A stretch of 64,000 bases of DNA from Octopus sinensis. Lineage: Eukaryota. Location: NCBI RefSeq assembly GCF_006345805.1, contig NC_042999.1, forward strand, positions 88,474,001-88,538,000, given 5' to 3'. Below, one piece after another: positions 1 to 12,895 of this stretch. The translations under genes and the position numbers were made by a program. The notes beneath the pieces were generated by a model. It saw only the letters and a list, made by a program, of their open reading frames with translations, had not been told where the DNA came from and made no database searches. The number at the start of each line of letters is the position of its first letter. The stretch's first letter is position 1.

Positions 1-904
1 CAAGAAACTTTGAAAATGCCCATAAAAGAAACTTTTAAAATATGTATTATCATATGCTCTTCTAGTTTTGATGAATAAATGCATTTGTCTAATCCAAGCT
101 GTATTAAAAGTGAACTTAAAACTATCATATAGATTAATATAAAGGTTCGTTTGTCAAGATTAATCTCTTATGGTGTTAAATATGAACCCATTCTTAAAAT
201 ACGTGTTGAGTGAACATTAGTAGAGAGGAAGAAAATATTGATCATGGAATTAAGCTATTTCATCTGATATCTACTTTTCCCAAAATCAGCATAGTGGTTC
301 TGCATAATCTTCCTATATGTAGTTACTGTAATTTGTTCTCAAACATAACATTCAAATACAATATCTTTATAAATTAAAGTCAACCTGAAGATTGAAGTTT
401 TCTAGACTGTACACTAACGTCTTCAGTTTAAGTATAACCATTGTCGATTACTTTGATACTTTAATTTCTGGATAAACATTTTAGGTCATTCGAGAGTAAA
501 GGAGAATGTTACAATTTGCATACGTAATAATTACGTCACACAAAAACAAAACTGTTTTGAATGGTTACATAAGCCCCATAAGTGTGTTACAATCTAATGG
601 TATTGACTGTAAATACTCATAATATCAAAACAACAAAGACCTTCCCACATATGTCTTCTGTATGACGAATATACAGATAAGTGCATTTTACATATTTAAT
701 GTAATGATCCAAAAGTATGTTGTAAGTAACAATGATTTCATTCTGGTCAAGAAAGAACATTAGTGTTAATGGTATGTCTTGTTCATAGAGGCAAGAGGAA
801 ATTCTTAAATGATGAAGAACGATCCTCGAAACGTTATATGCCCACTCTTTTTCCCATCTATATACACTTGGAAATGGATGCATCGCATACAATTAAATAA
901 TAAA

Positions 905-950
<46 letters not shown>

Positions 951-951
<1 letters not shown>

Positions 952-1159
952 CGGGAAAGTTTACGAAAATAAACAAAAGACGAAGGCAGGTGGAGTACAA
1001 ACAAACAAATGTATTAGTATAGCGCTCAGGAATAGAAATAGACAAAGTCTTTTATGTTTCGAGCCTACTCTCTTCGACAGAAAGAAACACAGAAAAAAAT
1101 AAGGAGAGAAGCAAGGAGTGAAAAAAATGCGTGTAGCAGCAAACGATTTATCATGGCGT

Positions 1160-1162
<3 letters not shown>
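951..1162 (-). mobile_element. Penelope-like solo pLTR fragment between (TA)n tracts, with degenerate hammerhead motif
   Basis: Minus strand 1084-1049 reads CTTT-CTGTCGA-A-GAG(AGTAGG)CTC-GAAACATA-AAAG. Layout parallels 37826-38030, and both sides are (TA)n. Confidence 0.55.
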
Positions 1163-1214
<52 letters not shown>

Positions 1215-1227
1215 GCATATATGAGTG

Positions 1228-1773
1228 TATGGGTACATGACGTCACCACAGGTGCAAATAACATGAAATACGTAAACAATGAGAAGAAAAGGAAAACGGG
1301 ACAAATTAATACACAAAAAGTACCCTTCGTTAGTTGTGGGCTATCTACTCCTCATTTCGAGCATTCAACGACAATATGAGTCTTCAAAGACAGTTGCTCC
1401 CATAAATTCTAAAATAAAATTTAGGATTTATGGAGGAACAAAGTTGGGAACAAAAAAAAAATGACAGTGGAGGCATACAAGGAAACCAAACGAAAAAATG
1501 GAGTGTCGTTAAACCAGAACGAGAGGAAAATAGTGAACGCTAAGAGAAAAATCTTTTGACTCTCCATAAATCGTAAATCTTATTTTAGAATTTATGGGAG
1601 CAACTGTATTTGAAGACTTATATTGTCGTTGAATGCTCGAAACGATGAGTAAATAGACAGCCGACAACTGATGAAGGGTTCTTTTTCTGTGTTAAGTTGT
1701 CCTGTTTTCCATTTTTTCTCGTTGTTTACGTATTTCATGCTATTTACACCGTTGATGACGCCCTGTACCCATA
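1228..1773. repeat. Degenerate fold-back element: ~210-bp inverted arms (1228-1435 / 1562-1773) with 126-bp spacer
   Basis: Arms align by eye at roughly 80%, e.g. TTTCGAGCATTCAACGACAATATGAGTCTTCAAA versus the reverse complement of 1608-1642. Confidence 0.85.
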
Positions 1774-3218
1774 TATGCATATATCTCAAACAATGAAATC
1801 AAAGAAATGATTTGTACAGTACACAACGGTCATATCTGCAACACTGGCATATCCTTGTATAATCATATCGTATATCAGATTCATTGTATATTTCAATCAG
1901 AAAGCATCTCCACATACCTGTACCATCTTTCCAAAAACGACTTGAAAATGTTGACGCATAAACAAGAAGGTGCAGATGTCATTAATGCAAAGCCCAAAAT
2001 ATAAGTGATCAGCAACTAAAAGAAGCCTTTCTTATAAAAACAAAACACGAGCTAGCAATTAACAACTAGCTAGAACCGAATGTGCTGATGAATACTTTGA
2101 AGTTTCATTCCTTATAGTCATTATTCATCACAATAATTAATCCTGTTTCTTTCTCGTGCACCTGTCATCTCATTCTGAAGCAGAAGGCTTGTGGAGCTCA
2201 AAATTCCTCTCCACACACACGTAAAAATAAGGATTCGACACGCGAACAGAATGAATGTATAATGTATACATCATACATCTCTTTTTCTCAATGTTTGAAT
2301 TTTTTGTGAAGAGCTTTTTAACCCGAAATATAAGGGCTGATTAAATATTTCTAATGTAACGTTTTATTTTTATCATTACCTTCAAAACATTTTATGTTCT
2401 ACCGGCATTGTTCTCCTATAACACACTGGTCTTCTACGAGATTTCACACACACGTCCATGTGTGTGGCAGTACAGTAGTAGTGGTGGTGGTGGTGGTAGA
2501 AGGAGGAGAAGGGAGAGGAGAAGAGTGGAACGACGACGACGATGATGAAGATGATGAAGATGATGAAGATGAGGAGGAGGAGGAGATTTTCTTAAATTTT
2601 ATTGTTTTGAAATACAGCTATTCTTCAGTTAGGATTTTTTTATTTAAGAATATTTACATTTCTTGAAAATATTTTTTGCATAGAACAATAAATCTCCACG
2701 ATTCATCAGCATTTCATAACTCTACTAGTAATGCCTTCAAGGTGAAGTGATTAGTGTGGTGGTTATCATTATAGTTATGGTGGTTATAATTCGATTCAGG
2801 GAAGTGTTATTCTACTTACTAGACAATCATATTCTGATAGCAACCACCAATCAATACATCTTACTTCTCTTTTGATCGTCTGAATATGACATATTAGAGC
2901 TCTACAACACAAAGGAAAAGTGTACAGACCAGAGATTTGAACTTCGTTTATTGTTCGATAACTTTGCGCATTCCAATATAAACTAAATATCCAAATGGAT
3001 TTTCAATCCAACAGAACATGTGTATACCCAGACTAGAGGAACTAGAGGTACATAAACGTCACGAGTTTCTTTACTGCCATGTGGGCATTGGCATGTGGTT
3101 AATAAAATAGACTTTTAAAAGCGTAATATGACCACAAACATTTTTTATGACAATTGTGCCATGAAATTTGGTAAAAGAGATCAAAAACTGGTTCTGCATC
3201 ACTTTGCATTGATCCAAA

Positions 3219-3241
3219 ATGGGTCTCCGGCTCGGAAGTAG
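3219..3241 (+). CDS. Candidate first coding exon (MGLRLGS-, phase 2 end) of putative host gene
   Basis: caaaATGG context, upstream in-frame stop and an AG|GTGTGT donor. Phase is compatible with exon 7086-7116. Short, so could be chance. Confidence 0.25.
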
Positions 3242-3835
3242 GTGTGTACACCTTTAAATATGAAGGACAGAATGCTTGGGAAGAAATAATAGAACTACAT
3301 GTATATTAACAATATTTGCTTGCCAACCGACATGTGATCTCTCATATTTAGCAAGGCCAATTTTGAAAGCCCAATACTATCTCAAAATGAGATTAATTGT
3401 AAACTCTACAAAACCAATTTTCAACATCTTGGAATTTCCAGGCCTTTCCTTTTATGTGCAATTCCATTTTTCTCAAATTACTGGTAATACGGCTTTGTTA
3501 CAAAAGTCATTTCTTTTTTATTGAATGCAACATATATTCAATATCCAGTGTTAAAATTCAAACACTCAGAGTTTTCATTCGTGATACCACGAAATCTGTT
3601 TTTGCTTTTAACGGGGAGTCTGATTGGGAAATAATTTACCATAAAATAATTCTGGAAGCGTCAAATAAACTAGAAATAAATAACAAGACCAACTGAACGT
3701 TTATATTATTTAATAAAGCAAACTTCCATACTGTGACAAACTGCTTTTCTAGACTTCAGTATATGGGGTAAATGATTTCCAACTGATGTTTAATATTATA
3801 CGTCCTATGTGTGTGTGCACATATATATATATACA

Positions 3836-3878
<43 letters not shown>

Positions 3879-5421
3879 TTGTTTATATATATACATACAT
3901 ATACATTTGTTTATATATATATAGATATATCTATACATACATATATATATATACATATATACGCATACATAAGTATATGCATGTGTATATACGTATGTAT
4001 ATGCGAGTGTGTGTGTATTTGCTAGTGTTACGAGTATGGGGAGGTGATTTTTGAAGTGAATGATGAATGTAGTGATATAAACTTAGGATAAATATAAGCA
4101 TAAAAAAAATGAGATTAATAAATGGATCAATATTTCCTGTTCATTCAGAAATACAGAATATCTTCAAAAACGTTTCTCAGTGGAGTAAAAAAATTAAGGG
4201 AGAAATCAATCAAACCAAGTCTATCTCTTTGCCATATCCTCTTCCTAATGCAACGCTTACTCAAACTGTACATTATTCAATAATCTGGCTACCGTAGTAA
4301 AAATGTTCAGTTGTCATACGTTTCCCTTCAGAAATCTAGTGACTCGAAAGAATCCATCACCTCTCGTTAGGCAGTCACAATCATACTATAAGTACATACG
4401 TACATACATACATACATACATACATACATACATACATACATACACACATACATACATACATTCATGCGTACGTACGTATGTATGTATGTATGTATGCATG
4501 CATGCATACAGTCGGACGATGACTTAACTGGCCGAAACTTCAAAGTCCCTATCAATAATATTCTTGTTTAAGAATTTTATATACATATATCGGGAACGCA
4601 GTATTGACAAGTAAAAAAAAACGGCGAAACATTAATGTCTATCACTGCTGTAACGGGACTAGATGCAAGTTAACTCGCTTGTCTATAACTTTCAGGTGTT
4701 TTAACACCAGGCGGATTGATGACGATATATTCTCATACGCCTAAAATCGCTACCTGCCTACGAACTGGCAAAACACATACCTGTGCATGGGTGTTCTCAT
4801 TCATGTTTGAATATATATCTATAATACATTAAAATTCAGTTTGAATCGTGCTTGCTTGCCTGCAATGTTACCCAGCTAAACTGGTGCATAATGGGGAAAA
4901 ATACTATGAATTAAGTTAATATGAACGGAATGAAACAAGTTTCGCGTAAATCGGAGCTGTAGTTATTGAGATATTCGGGGTTTGGAGGTATAAATACCCC
5001 CAAATGGTGCATAATGGGGAAATGTTCCGAATATAACTTCATCCTGAAAAGGGAGAAACTCTAACCTTTCGACTAGACAGTGATTTGACAACGAAAAAAT
5101 ACAATTTGTTTTTTACTGTAAATATTTCTGTTTTCGTTTTTGTTAAACACAATATTTTGATCGTTTAGAAATATTTTTAAGTGAACATGATTTCAAAAAT
5201 GTAAGTTGTTTATACAGTAAGTATTTATATTTTAGCTTTCTTTAAACAATATTTATTGTTATTTTTAAATTAGTTACAACAAAATTTTTGGCATATTTAA
5301 AAAATATTTCAAAGTGAAAATGACTTTAAAATACGGTAAAAGACCTGCCGTAGCCTCGGTGTGAAATAGTTTTTTCCATAAGTTTTTTTTTTTTCGAGTG
5401 CATTCAACGTATCTCATCTCC

Positions 5422-5536
5422 AAAGATTTGTCTGATATTTCTAGCACGCCCTGCTACCACGTAACAGCTATTTGCGATAAAGGACCCAAAATATCTGTTA
5501 CGTGGTAGCAATGCGTGCAATAGCAGCCAAATCTTT
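5422..5536. repeat. Small inverted repeat (perfect 16-bp core TGCTACCACGTAACAG / CTGTTACGTGGTAGCA)
   Basis: 5452-5467 is the reverse complement of 5495-5510; outer arms are imperfect (AAAGATTTG.. / ..CCAAATCTTT). Confidence 0.7.
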
Positions 5537-5997
5537 CCTTTTCTGGGGAAAGGAGCCGTTTACGCGTGATTGTGAAGACACATTCGTTGAAAGCAGGCGA
5601 AATAACATGGAAAAGAAAAGATCCGTGAAACAAAACTCTGTTGCTGAGAAAATCAGAGTTTCATGATGACCTAACGGGTCACAGGTAGCCTAGTCTAGTA
5701 TATATATATAGTGTGTGTAAATTTTGAGTTAAAAACCACAGGTTTCGACTTTTTCTATCCAAAGGATTTTAACTCAATACTTACAGGCTGTTATTTATAC
5801 CGTTATCGGCTTCGAGATTCACCGTTCCCCAAAAAACTATATCCATATGAAGCGATCATATACATACATAGATACATACTTACATACATACATATATACG
5901 CGCGCGCACGCACGCACACATATATCTATATATAAATACACATGTACATATACATATATATATATATGTGTATATGTATATATGTGAGTGTGTGTAT

Positions 5998-6040
<43 letters not shown>

Positions 6041-6639
6041 TATGTGTATACACATAGGCATGTATGTATGTATATACACTCAAAGTCAAAATGCATTTAT
6101 ATATTTCATTTTGTTTTATGTAACGTTTAAATTTTAATCGAATTTTTTCCCGTCACATTTAGATTTGCTTCGATTTGTTTTCAAAGTCTGAAAAGTGCAG
6201 TACTGACTGAATATATAATGATTTGTAATAGAAAAACTAAAATGCTCTCGATTAATAATGTTCGCATAAATTGAATAGTATTAGTTGTTAAAGATAATTC
6301 TCTATTTAGCTTTTGCTGTTTTCCTGAAATGTTAAATTAAATTTCATACATGGCCAAGGGGATTCGAAATGTCTGTTGGTGATTTAATAGTTTGTATTTC
6401 TTTTCCTATTTGACTAAGGCCCAAACTATTTATCCTTATTGATTCAATTCACTAAGCTATAAAAATTTACAAAGTCAAGTACAAGTCTTCACAGTAAACA
6501 CCAGGAGTATTGATTTTTCTTCTGAGCCCTAGGGATCACGCGGTTGGTTAAAAGATCTTCATGTCATATAAGTGGCCGCGGACACAAAATTCTTTCGGAA
6601 AGGGAAGCCTGTCCGTTGCAAAATTCAAGGTCTGCAATT

Positions 6640-6985
6640 TTGAGGGTAGGAGACCAGTTGATTACATCGACCATCACTATTTGCTTGGTACTTTATTTTA
6701 TCGACCTCAAAGGCAAAGTTGACCTCGGCGAGATATGAACTTAGAATGGAGAGAGATGGAAGAAATGCCGCTACGCATTTTGCTTGATGTGCTGACGATT
6801 CTGCCAGCTTGCTGTCCTATTTGAATAATTGATCTCAAATTTTGGCACAAACTTCGGGTGTTGGATACGACCCTGAAAGGATAAAATGCGACATCGACTT
6901 CAGCCAAATTAGAACTAAAAATGTGAGGACGGACGAAATGCTAAGCATTTTGCCCGATGTGCTAAAGATTCTGCCAGTTCACTAT
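6640..6985 (-). mobile_element. Two SINE copies, family A (..GCTGGCAGAATCGT.. head), CpG-retaining
   Basis: Same motifs as the copies at 39200, 50417 and 59130 (GTCGACTTTGCC-like, AAGTACC, ATGTAATC). Confidence 0.8.
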
Positions 6986-7085
6986 CCTATTGAATAATTA
7001 ATGAGGATTTTATAAACTAACAGTTCTGAGGTTAAGTTTTTCCTCGGGTATGAAGAAAGCAGCGAGAAGCTATTCTTTTATTTAG

Positions 7086-7116
7086 CATCATAATCTTCAG
7101 TGATGTCGGCGCATAC
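7086..7116 (+). CDS. Candidate internal exon (-IIIFSDVGAY)
   Basis: ttcttttatttag acceptor and TAC|GTAAGA donor. The open frame ends in phase 0, matching the phase-0 exon at 10300. Confidence 0.45.
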
Positions 7117-8617
7117 GTAAGAAAAACGGATAATGGGAAGAATTAAAAATGGGATCCTTAAATGAGAAAAAGCTTTCACTGTGCCTTTCTTCCCCTTAAA
7201 AGCCCCTGAGATATATACTATTATAAGACGCACTTATTTTTATTGAATGTTATGTATTCTCCCTACACCTAATCTGCAGTTACCTTTTGATGTCCAATTG
7301 GGATTAATTCACTTTTCGTACGTTTCCAATTCACTTGAGTAAAACTTCAACGATACGTCCATCTACTTACTCGCCTGCAAAACTAATATCAAGTTTCGTA
7401 ATTTTGCAAGAAACACTTGTTTTTATAATATACTTTAAGTCCTTTCTCATTTTGAATTTTCCAAGGAATTGTTGAAGTACTGAATAAGGCAGTGAACAAA
7501 GAATGATGGTAAGCTTTACTGAGAATAAGATTTGAATACTCAGCTTTACTGATAGCCAAGTGTATTGGAAAATCTGAAAGTCTACCTGCACACAATCAAA
7601 ACTTGAAAATAGTATATATGATTTCAGGACATCAACAACTTAACTATATACAGCTATAAGGCATCTACGACATCCATTGAATAATCTGTAAATTAGAATT
7701 AGGATTACTAAGTTTGATTGACGTAAAATACAGGCGAATAGCATTAATAACCAGGAGGTTTTTGCATGTTGAATTTAATTGCAAATACATCAATAATAGA
7801 AACAAGAAATTTGGAATTTTCGGATTGCTATTTTATATCTCTAGTTTTAGCAAATACAGTTGGTAGTAATAATATAATAAACCCATTTGGCTGTTAATCT
7901 AAATATTGATTTCTTATTATGGTTGAAGGCCAATCCTAGCTGAGAAAGATTATCGACTCATTCAATTTATTACATTATTGATGCATATTTTATCGTCCTT
8001 TGCGAATATGAAACGTAAATCTGATTCCTGTGAGATTAGAACTCAGAATCTGAAGGGCTGATGCTAATTACTGAAATGAATTTACTCCAATATTCTATTG
8101 TCTTGGTTCTCCGTTAGTGCATAGCTCTTCCAGTCATTCCAAGCATTTAATATTGACGTATGCACAAGCATGGGTATTAATATATTTCAGGCTTCCTTAA
8201 GACTGCTCGTCCAAAGAAAAAGATTTATATAATTGTGTTCCATACAGAAAGAAATATAATTATCTGAAAATAAAAGTTTTCCCATTATGAATGGTGTTGC
8301 TAGTTTACCTAATCAGGTTCTGAAATAGATACAGTGTTAGGGTTAATAGGCATTACTTCAAGTTCCAAGGGAATAATTAATAATTTATTTCTTTGCTTTT
8401 GCAGAACATCACAGCGTGTGCCAGTCTATATTTTACGAATACACATACACACACGGGCCTATACATACACGCATATGTGTGTGTGAATGCGTGTGTGTGT
8501 ATGTGTGTGAATGTGTATGTGTATGTATATGTGTGTGTTTGTGCTTTGTGTGTATGCATGAATATATTTGTGAAGAAATGTGTATATGCATATAGACACA
8601 TTCACGCACATACACAC

Positions 8618-8618
<1 letters not shown>

Positions 8619-8692
<74 letters not shown>

Positions 8693-8700
8693 CAGACAGA
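8619..8700. repeat. (GATA)n(GACA)n microsatellite
   Basis: Direct reading. Confidence 0.95.
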
Positions 8701-9276
8701 TATGTGTGTACTGATATTTATACATGTATATATATACACAGACACACACAAACACACGCATACACACATATGTTGAAAGTCAATTTGTAATTCTTTGAAA
8801 TGTTACTCAGTTTTATACACTAAATACACGCGTGATATGTCTACAATATATGGTGAAAAGGATGTGACCACAATACTCTAGATAGTCGGTTTTCGTTAGT
8901 CAATGGTCGAATACTTGGTAATTCAAGCGTATAGCTAGTTGGATTATTATGGTGTAATTTTACACAATTCAGGTCTAAGGCAAAAATTAACTACACGACA
9001 CTCGTTTGATTTCATTTTATGGCCATGGATTTGAGTCAATTAGTCTCAGACTAATTTTAAGAGAAAACTCCCCTGATGGCGGCAGTTAGATAGTATCTCT
9101 GACAATCGTATACATGATATTGTTGGTTGATTTAGCCCCAGGAACTTTTCAGTTGGACTAAACCTGCAGTTAAGTGATCCATTGAAATATAGCGAGGGTT
9201 TATTGAGCTGTTTCATCTTACTTGGAGTGGAATAGCTTTCAGATCTTTAACCCTTGAGTTTCCAGACAAATCTATG

Positions 9277-9608
9277 TTCCATGGTTCTGGGTTCATTCCC
9301 ACTGCGTGGCACCTTGGGCAAGTGTCTTCTGCTATAGCCTCAGAACGAGCAAAGCCTTGTGAGTGGATTTTGTAGACGGAAACTGAAAGAAGGCCATCGT
9401 ATATATGTATGTGTGTGTATATGTTTGTGTGTCTGTGTTTGTACCCCCAACATCGCTTGACAACCGATGTCCCCGTAACTTAGCGGTTCAGCAAAAGACA
9501 CCGATAGCATAAGTACTAGGCTTCCAAAGAATAAGTCCTGGGGTCGATTTGCTTGCCTAAAGGTGGTGCTCCAGCATGGCTATAATCAAATAACTGAAGC
9601 AAGTAAAA
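9277..9608 (+). mobile_element. SINE family B (..GGGTTCATTCCCACTGCGTGGCACCTTGGGCAAGTG..)
   Basis: B-box-like head, central (TA/TG)n and conserved tail (CCCCGTAACTTAGCGGTTC..GGGGTCGATTTG). Many copies in the window. Confidence 0.85.
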
Positions 9609-9663
9609 GAGAGAGTATATATATATATGTGTGTGTGTGTGAAGTAGTTTTTGTGAGGTATAA

Positions 9664-9954
9664 TTTAAAGAAAGTAGTTGTGCAAAGTCAGAACAATACG
9701 AGAAGGTACAAAGTAGACTTCAAATTGAAAAGAAAACTGAATAAAGTTGCAGTTTTGCCTTGTATTTCTATAATTTGGGCGTGAGCAACAAACTTTTCCA
9801 ACCACCGCTTTTCCAAATGACCTGAAGAAGGGGTCTTCACCCCAAAATATAGAAATAAAAGGTAAAACTGCAACTTCGTTGTTTTCTTTTCTTTTTGTAG
9901 TTTACTTTGTACATTCTCACATTGTTCTGGTTTTACACAACTATATTCTTTAAA
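9664..9954. repeat. Fold-back element: ~115-bp inverted arms (9664-9779 / 9841-9954) with a hammerhead relic at the inner junction
   Basis: Arms are roughly 80% reverse-complementary. 9822-9852 reads CTGAAGA-A-GGGG(TCTTCA)CCCC-AAAATATAG (G12 lost). Confidence 0.75.
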
Positions 9955-10299
9955 TGTGTGTGTGTGTGTGTGTGGTAGTGATGCATTTATGTCCCTCTAA
10001 CTTAGCAGTTCAGCAAAAGAGACAAATAGAATAAGTTCTAAGCTTCAAAAACTAATAAGTCCTAAAGTCGATTTGTTTCACTAAAACCCTTCAGTGCCCC
10101 AGCATGGCCACAGTCAAATAACTGAAACAAGTAAAAAATAAAAGATGAAACATGATCAATCCAGATATGAAGGCTACCTATGGAAAGGTCTCTTCTATTA
10201 CGCCTAAAATGCTAAAAACAAAACAAAACAGATCTGCACTGCAAATTATGGTAACTGCTTGACAGTGATGACAAAAAAATAATTTTCTTTCATTTTCAG

Positions 10300-10463
10300 G
10301 GAAAAAGCTTTACTATGACTAGTAAGCAGTACAGTGATACTTTCAAAGAGTTTAGAGAAGCAATAAGAAGAGACTGGACAAGAAACCAGTCCACATTTAC
10401 TATGACAATGTACAACTACACACCTGACTTTTGTGATGAAATAGGCAGTCAACAACAAATTAG
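10300..10463 (+). CDS. Candidate host-gene exon GKSFTMTSKQYSDTFKEFREAIRRDWTRNQSTFTMTMYNYTPDFCDEIGSQQQI(R)
   Basis: Strong acceptor ttttctttcattttcag and strong donor AG|GTTAGT. Only one frame is open and the composition is non-repetitive and protein-like. Confidence 0.6.
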
Positions 10464-12800
10464 GTTAGTCATTGGCTCTCCAACCACAACACAGCCCAGA
10501 ATGATACCATTCAACTTCCACTTGTTTAGTCCAATAAAGGACACAAAACATACACCTATTAAACAAGAGGACCAAGATTATAAGATATCACTGATACAAA
10601 AATAAACCCATCTTTAAAATAATGACACAAACTCTACACAAACACATTCATAATTAATTGACACCATCAAGAATCCAGCCACAAACAACTGGCTCAGATT
10701 AAATACACATCTCAATGCATATGCATACACTGCAACAACACCAAGCCTTGGTTAAATACACTAATACACACACACAAATGAATATTTTGATCTGTATGTA
10801 TAAATCCACAAGTTTGCAGTTGCATGAAACTCACAAGCTGAATATTCAGTTTCATTAAACTATATGTATGTGTGCATGCATGCATGTATGTTTACACACA
10901 CACTTATGTCTGTATTGCTGTATACTCATTTTATGTTGGTACAGATTTTTTTAAATGCCTAACTATGATTATTGATATATGCATCTGTGAATGTTTGATA
11001 TATTTATCCATTGATTTTGGAGGAATCCATTCTCACTTCATAGATTCGTCAGACCATCATGATCCAAATAATTCATTTATATTTACTTTTTTAACTTATT
11101 TTTCATACATACATAAATGCTCACTATGTTAAAAATTCAGTTTGGTTTTCAGTTTGGCTTAGATTTTTGTAGAAGCTACAGCATTTGTAACTATGGTTAT
11201 ATATAATGGTATTGCATTATTTATTCTTCCTTTTGCATGTTCTTAGTGTGTCTGTCCCTTCTGTATCTGCATTTCATTGCATTTTGCATGCATGCATGTC
11301 TATTTTGATGTAATACACTTATGTCTGAATCTCCAAGACTTTGAAAGTTAAATTTATTTACATCTCAGTTTTGTAAGATATGGTTAAAAGTATGAAAGAA
11401 ATTTTGCTGTTCTGTTGATTTTTCATTTATAGATAAACCTTAGCAAGCCAGAAAAAGAGAAACATGAGAAGTATTTTCAATTCTATGAATTATTCATTTC
11501 AATAACATTTTATTTTTAAGATACATCACATAGCTATAACACAAGTCTTTCAAGGGTATTCTAGGAATAGAGGTAGAAGTTTCTCAGAGTTATTTATAAA
11601 TACAAAACTATTTTATCACACATGTGTGACATAATGCCAATGGATGTTTCCTTTGCCAATCTATATAATATATATAACTGAAACGTTAGAAATTAACAGT
11701 AGGTCTAAAATAATTGTATTTATTGATAAACCTGGTTGTAATACAGTCAGCAGCTTTAATGATATCAATCAGTTATTTCATATATTCACACCATTTATGA
11801 CAAGTTTGATGGTTAGAATTAAATGAATTCAAATTTCAAAACAAGAAACCACAAACCAGACAAATTTATAAATCTCTTACATACTTAAAAGCTAAAATCA
11901 ATTTCAAAATTTAATGTAACAAAATTATTTCATATATCCTTTAAATTAAAACTTAGTAACTCCTTTTAATTACTAATGTAATTGTTGTTTTATACATTTA
12001 TTTTCTTATTTATTTCTGTATTATTCTTCTAATTCACCTTTCCATCCTGCTCTCCAATTTTCTCTTGATGCTTTTCATGAGACCGTATATGAGGTGAATG
12101 GCAGAGATATGAGAAAAGTGTTGAAGAAAAGGAGGTAGTTTAGAGAGAAAAATATTGAAAAAAGTTGGAACTTTAGAGAGAAAAGTGTGTATTGAGGTGA
12201 GAAAGAATGTGAAAGTGCAAAAAGCTGAAATGGAATGAAAATAAATTTAAATAAATAACAAAGTGAAGAGAAATTAGAAATTGTCATAAAACACAAGAGA
12301 GTGTGAAACAATGGTTTATATATTTCTTCATTCCTTAAATCATAGATTAAAATAATTTTCTCCCTAACTTTCTGACACACATTGCTTCCAACAAATCTTA
12401 ACAGTCAGCTTGTTTTTGAATTTTTTATGATAGTCCATTTATTTGTGCGTGTGTGTGTGAGAAAGAGTGAGAGAGAAAGAGCAGGAGAAACAGAGAGAGA
12501 AAGAGGGAGAAAGAGAGAGAGAGAGAACTGTCTGAATTTTGTTTTCTGTTATTTAGTTTCATTATAGAATAACAATAAAATGAAATGAAATAACAGAAAT
12601 TTTAAAATAAAGAAAAGAGTTCAGCACTTTATTTTTAGATCATTTGTATTTTTTTTCTCTCCAATTAAGATCAAAATGAATAAAACCAATTAGTTTTGTA
12701 GCAAAATTTCGAAAATACATCGTAAGATTGGTCATAAAGCTTAATTAAAAGAACTTGGAAGCTGCTAGCTTGTGGAGCCATTTCTCAATCATTAACTCAG

Positions 12801-12895
12801 AACAACGGTATTTAATCTGACGAACAAATTACTACTATGGAAGAATATTGTATTTGAAGGAACTCAGACACAATTAGAAACTATAGCCTCTGACA
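12801..12895 (+). CDS. Weak candidate exon (TTVFNLTNKLLLWKNIVFEGTQTQLETIASD)
   Basis: cattaactcag acceptor and ACA|GTAATT donor; open in phase 2, matching the preceding exon. Confidence 0.25.

Noticed and set aside
455-600. WINILGHSRVKEN peptide resembling RNase H WIPGHSG.GN
   Set aside because: Match too short, surrounded by stops, and no other RNase H motifs.
1600-1700. TTGAAGA...GAAAC and CTGATGAAGGG hammerhead-like words in the 1228-1773 arms
   Set aside because: No convincing stem II or stem I could be built.
4510-4550. CGGACGA..GGCCGAAAC..GTC hammerhead-like string
   Set aside because: U4 is mutated, stem II is mismatched and stem I is absent.
5712-5770. Hairpin TTGAGTTAAAA/TTTTAACTCAA enclosing GAAAC on the minus strand
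   Set aside because: The core reads CTTTGGA, with G5 and A6 missing; at best a remote relic.
7371-7374. Minus-strand ttttgcag-GCGA-gtaagt, a 4-nt microexon look-alike
   Set aside because: Frame-shifting length, no partner exons, and expected by chance.
11433-11470. Possible exon INLSKPEKEKHEK
   Set aside because: Phase-incompatible with the 10300-10463 donor; weak donor.
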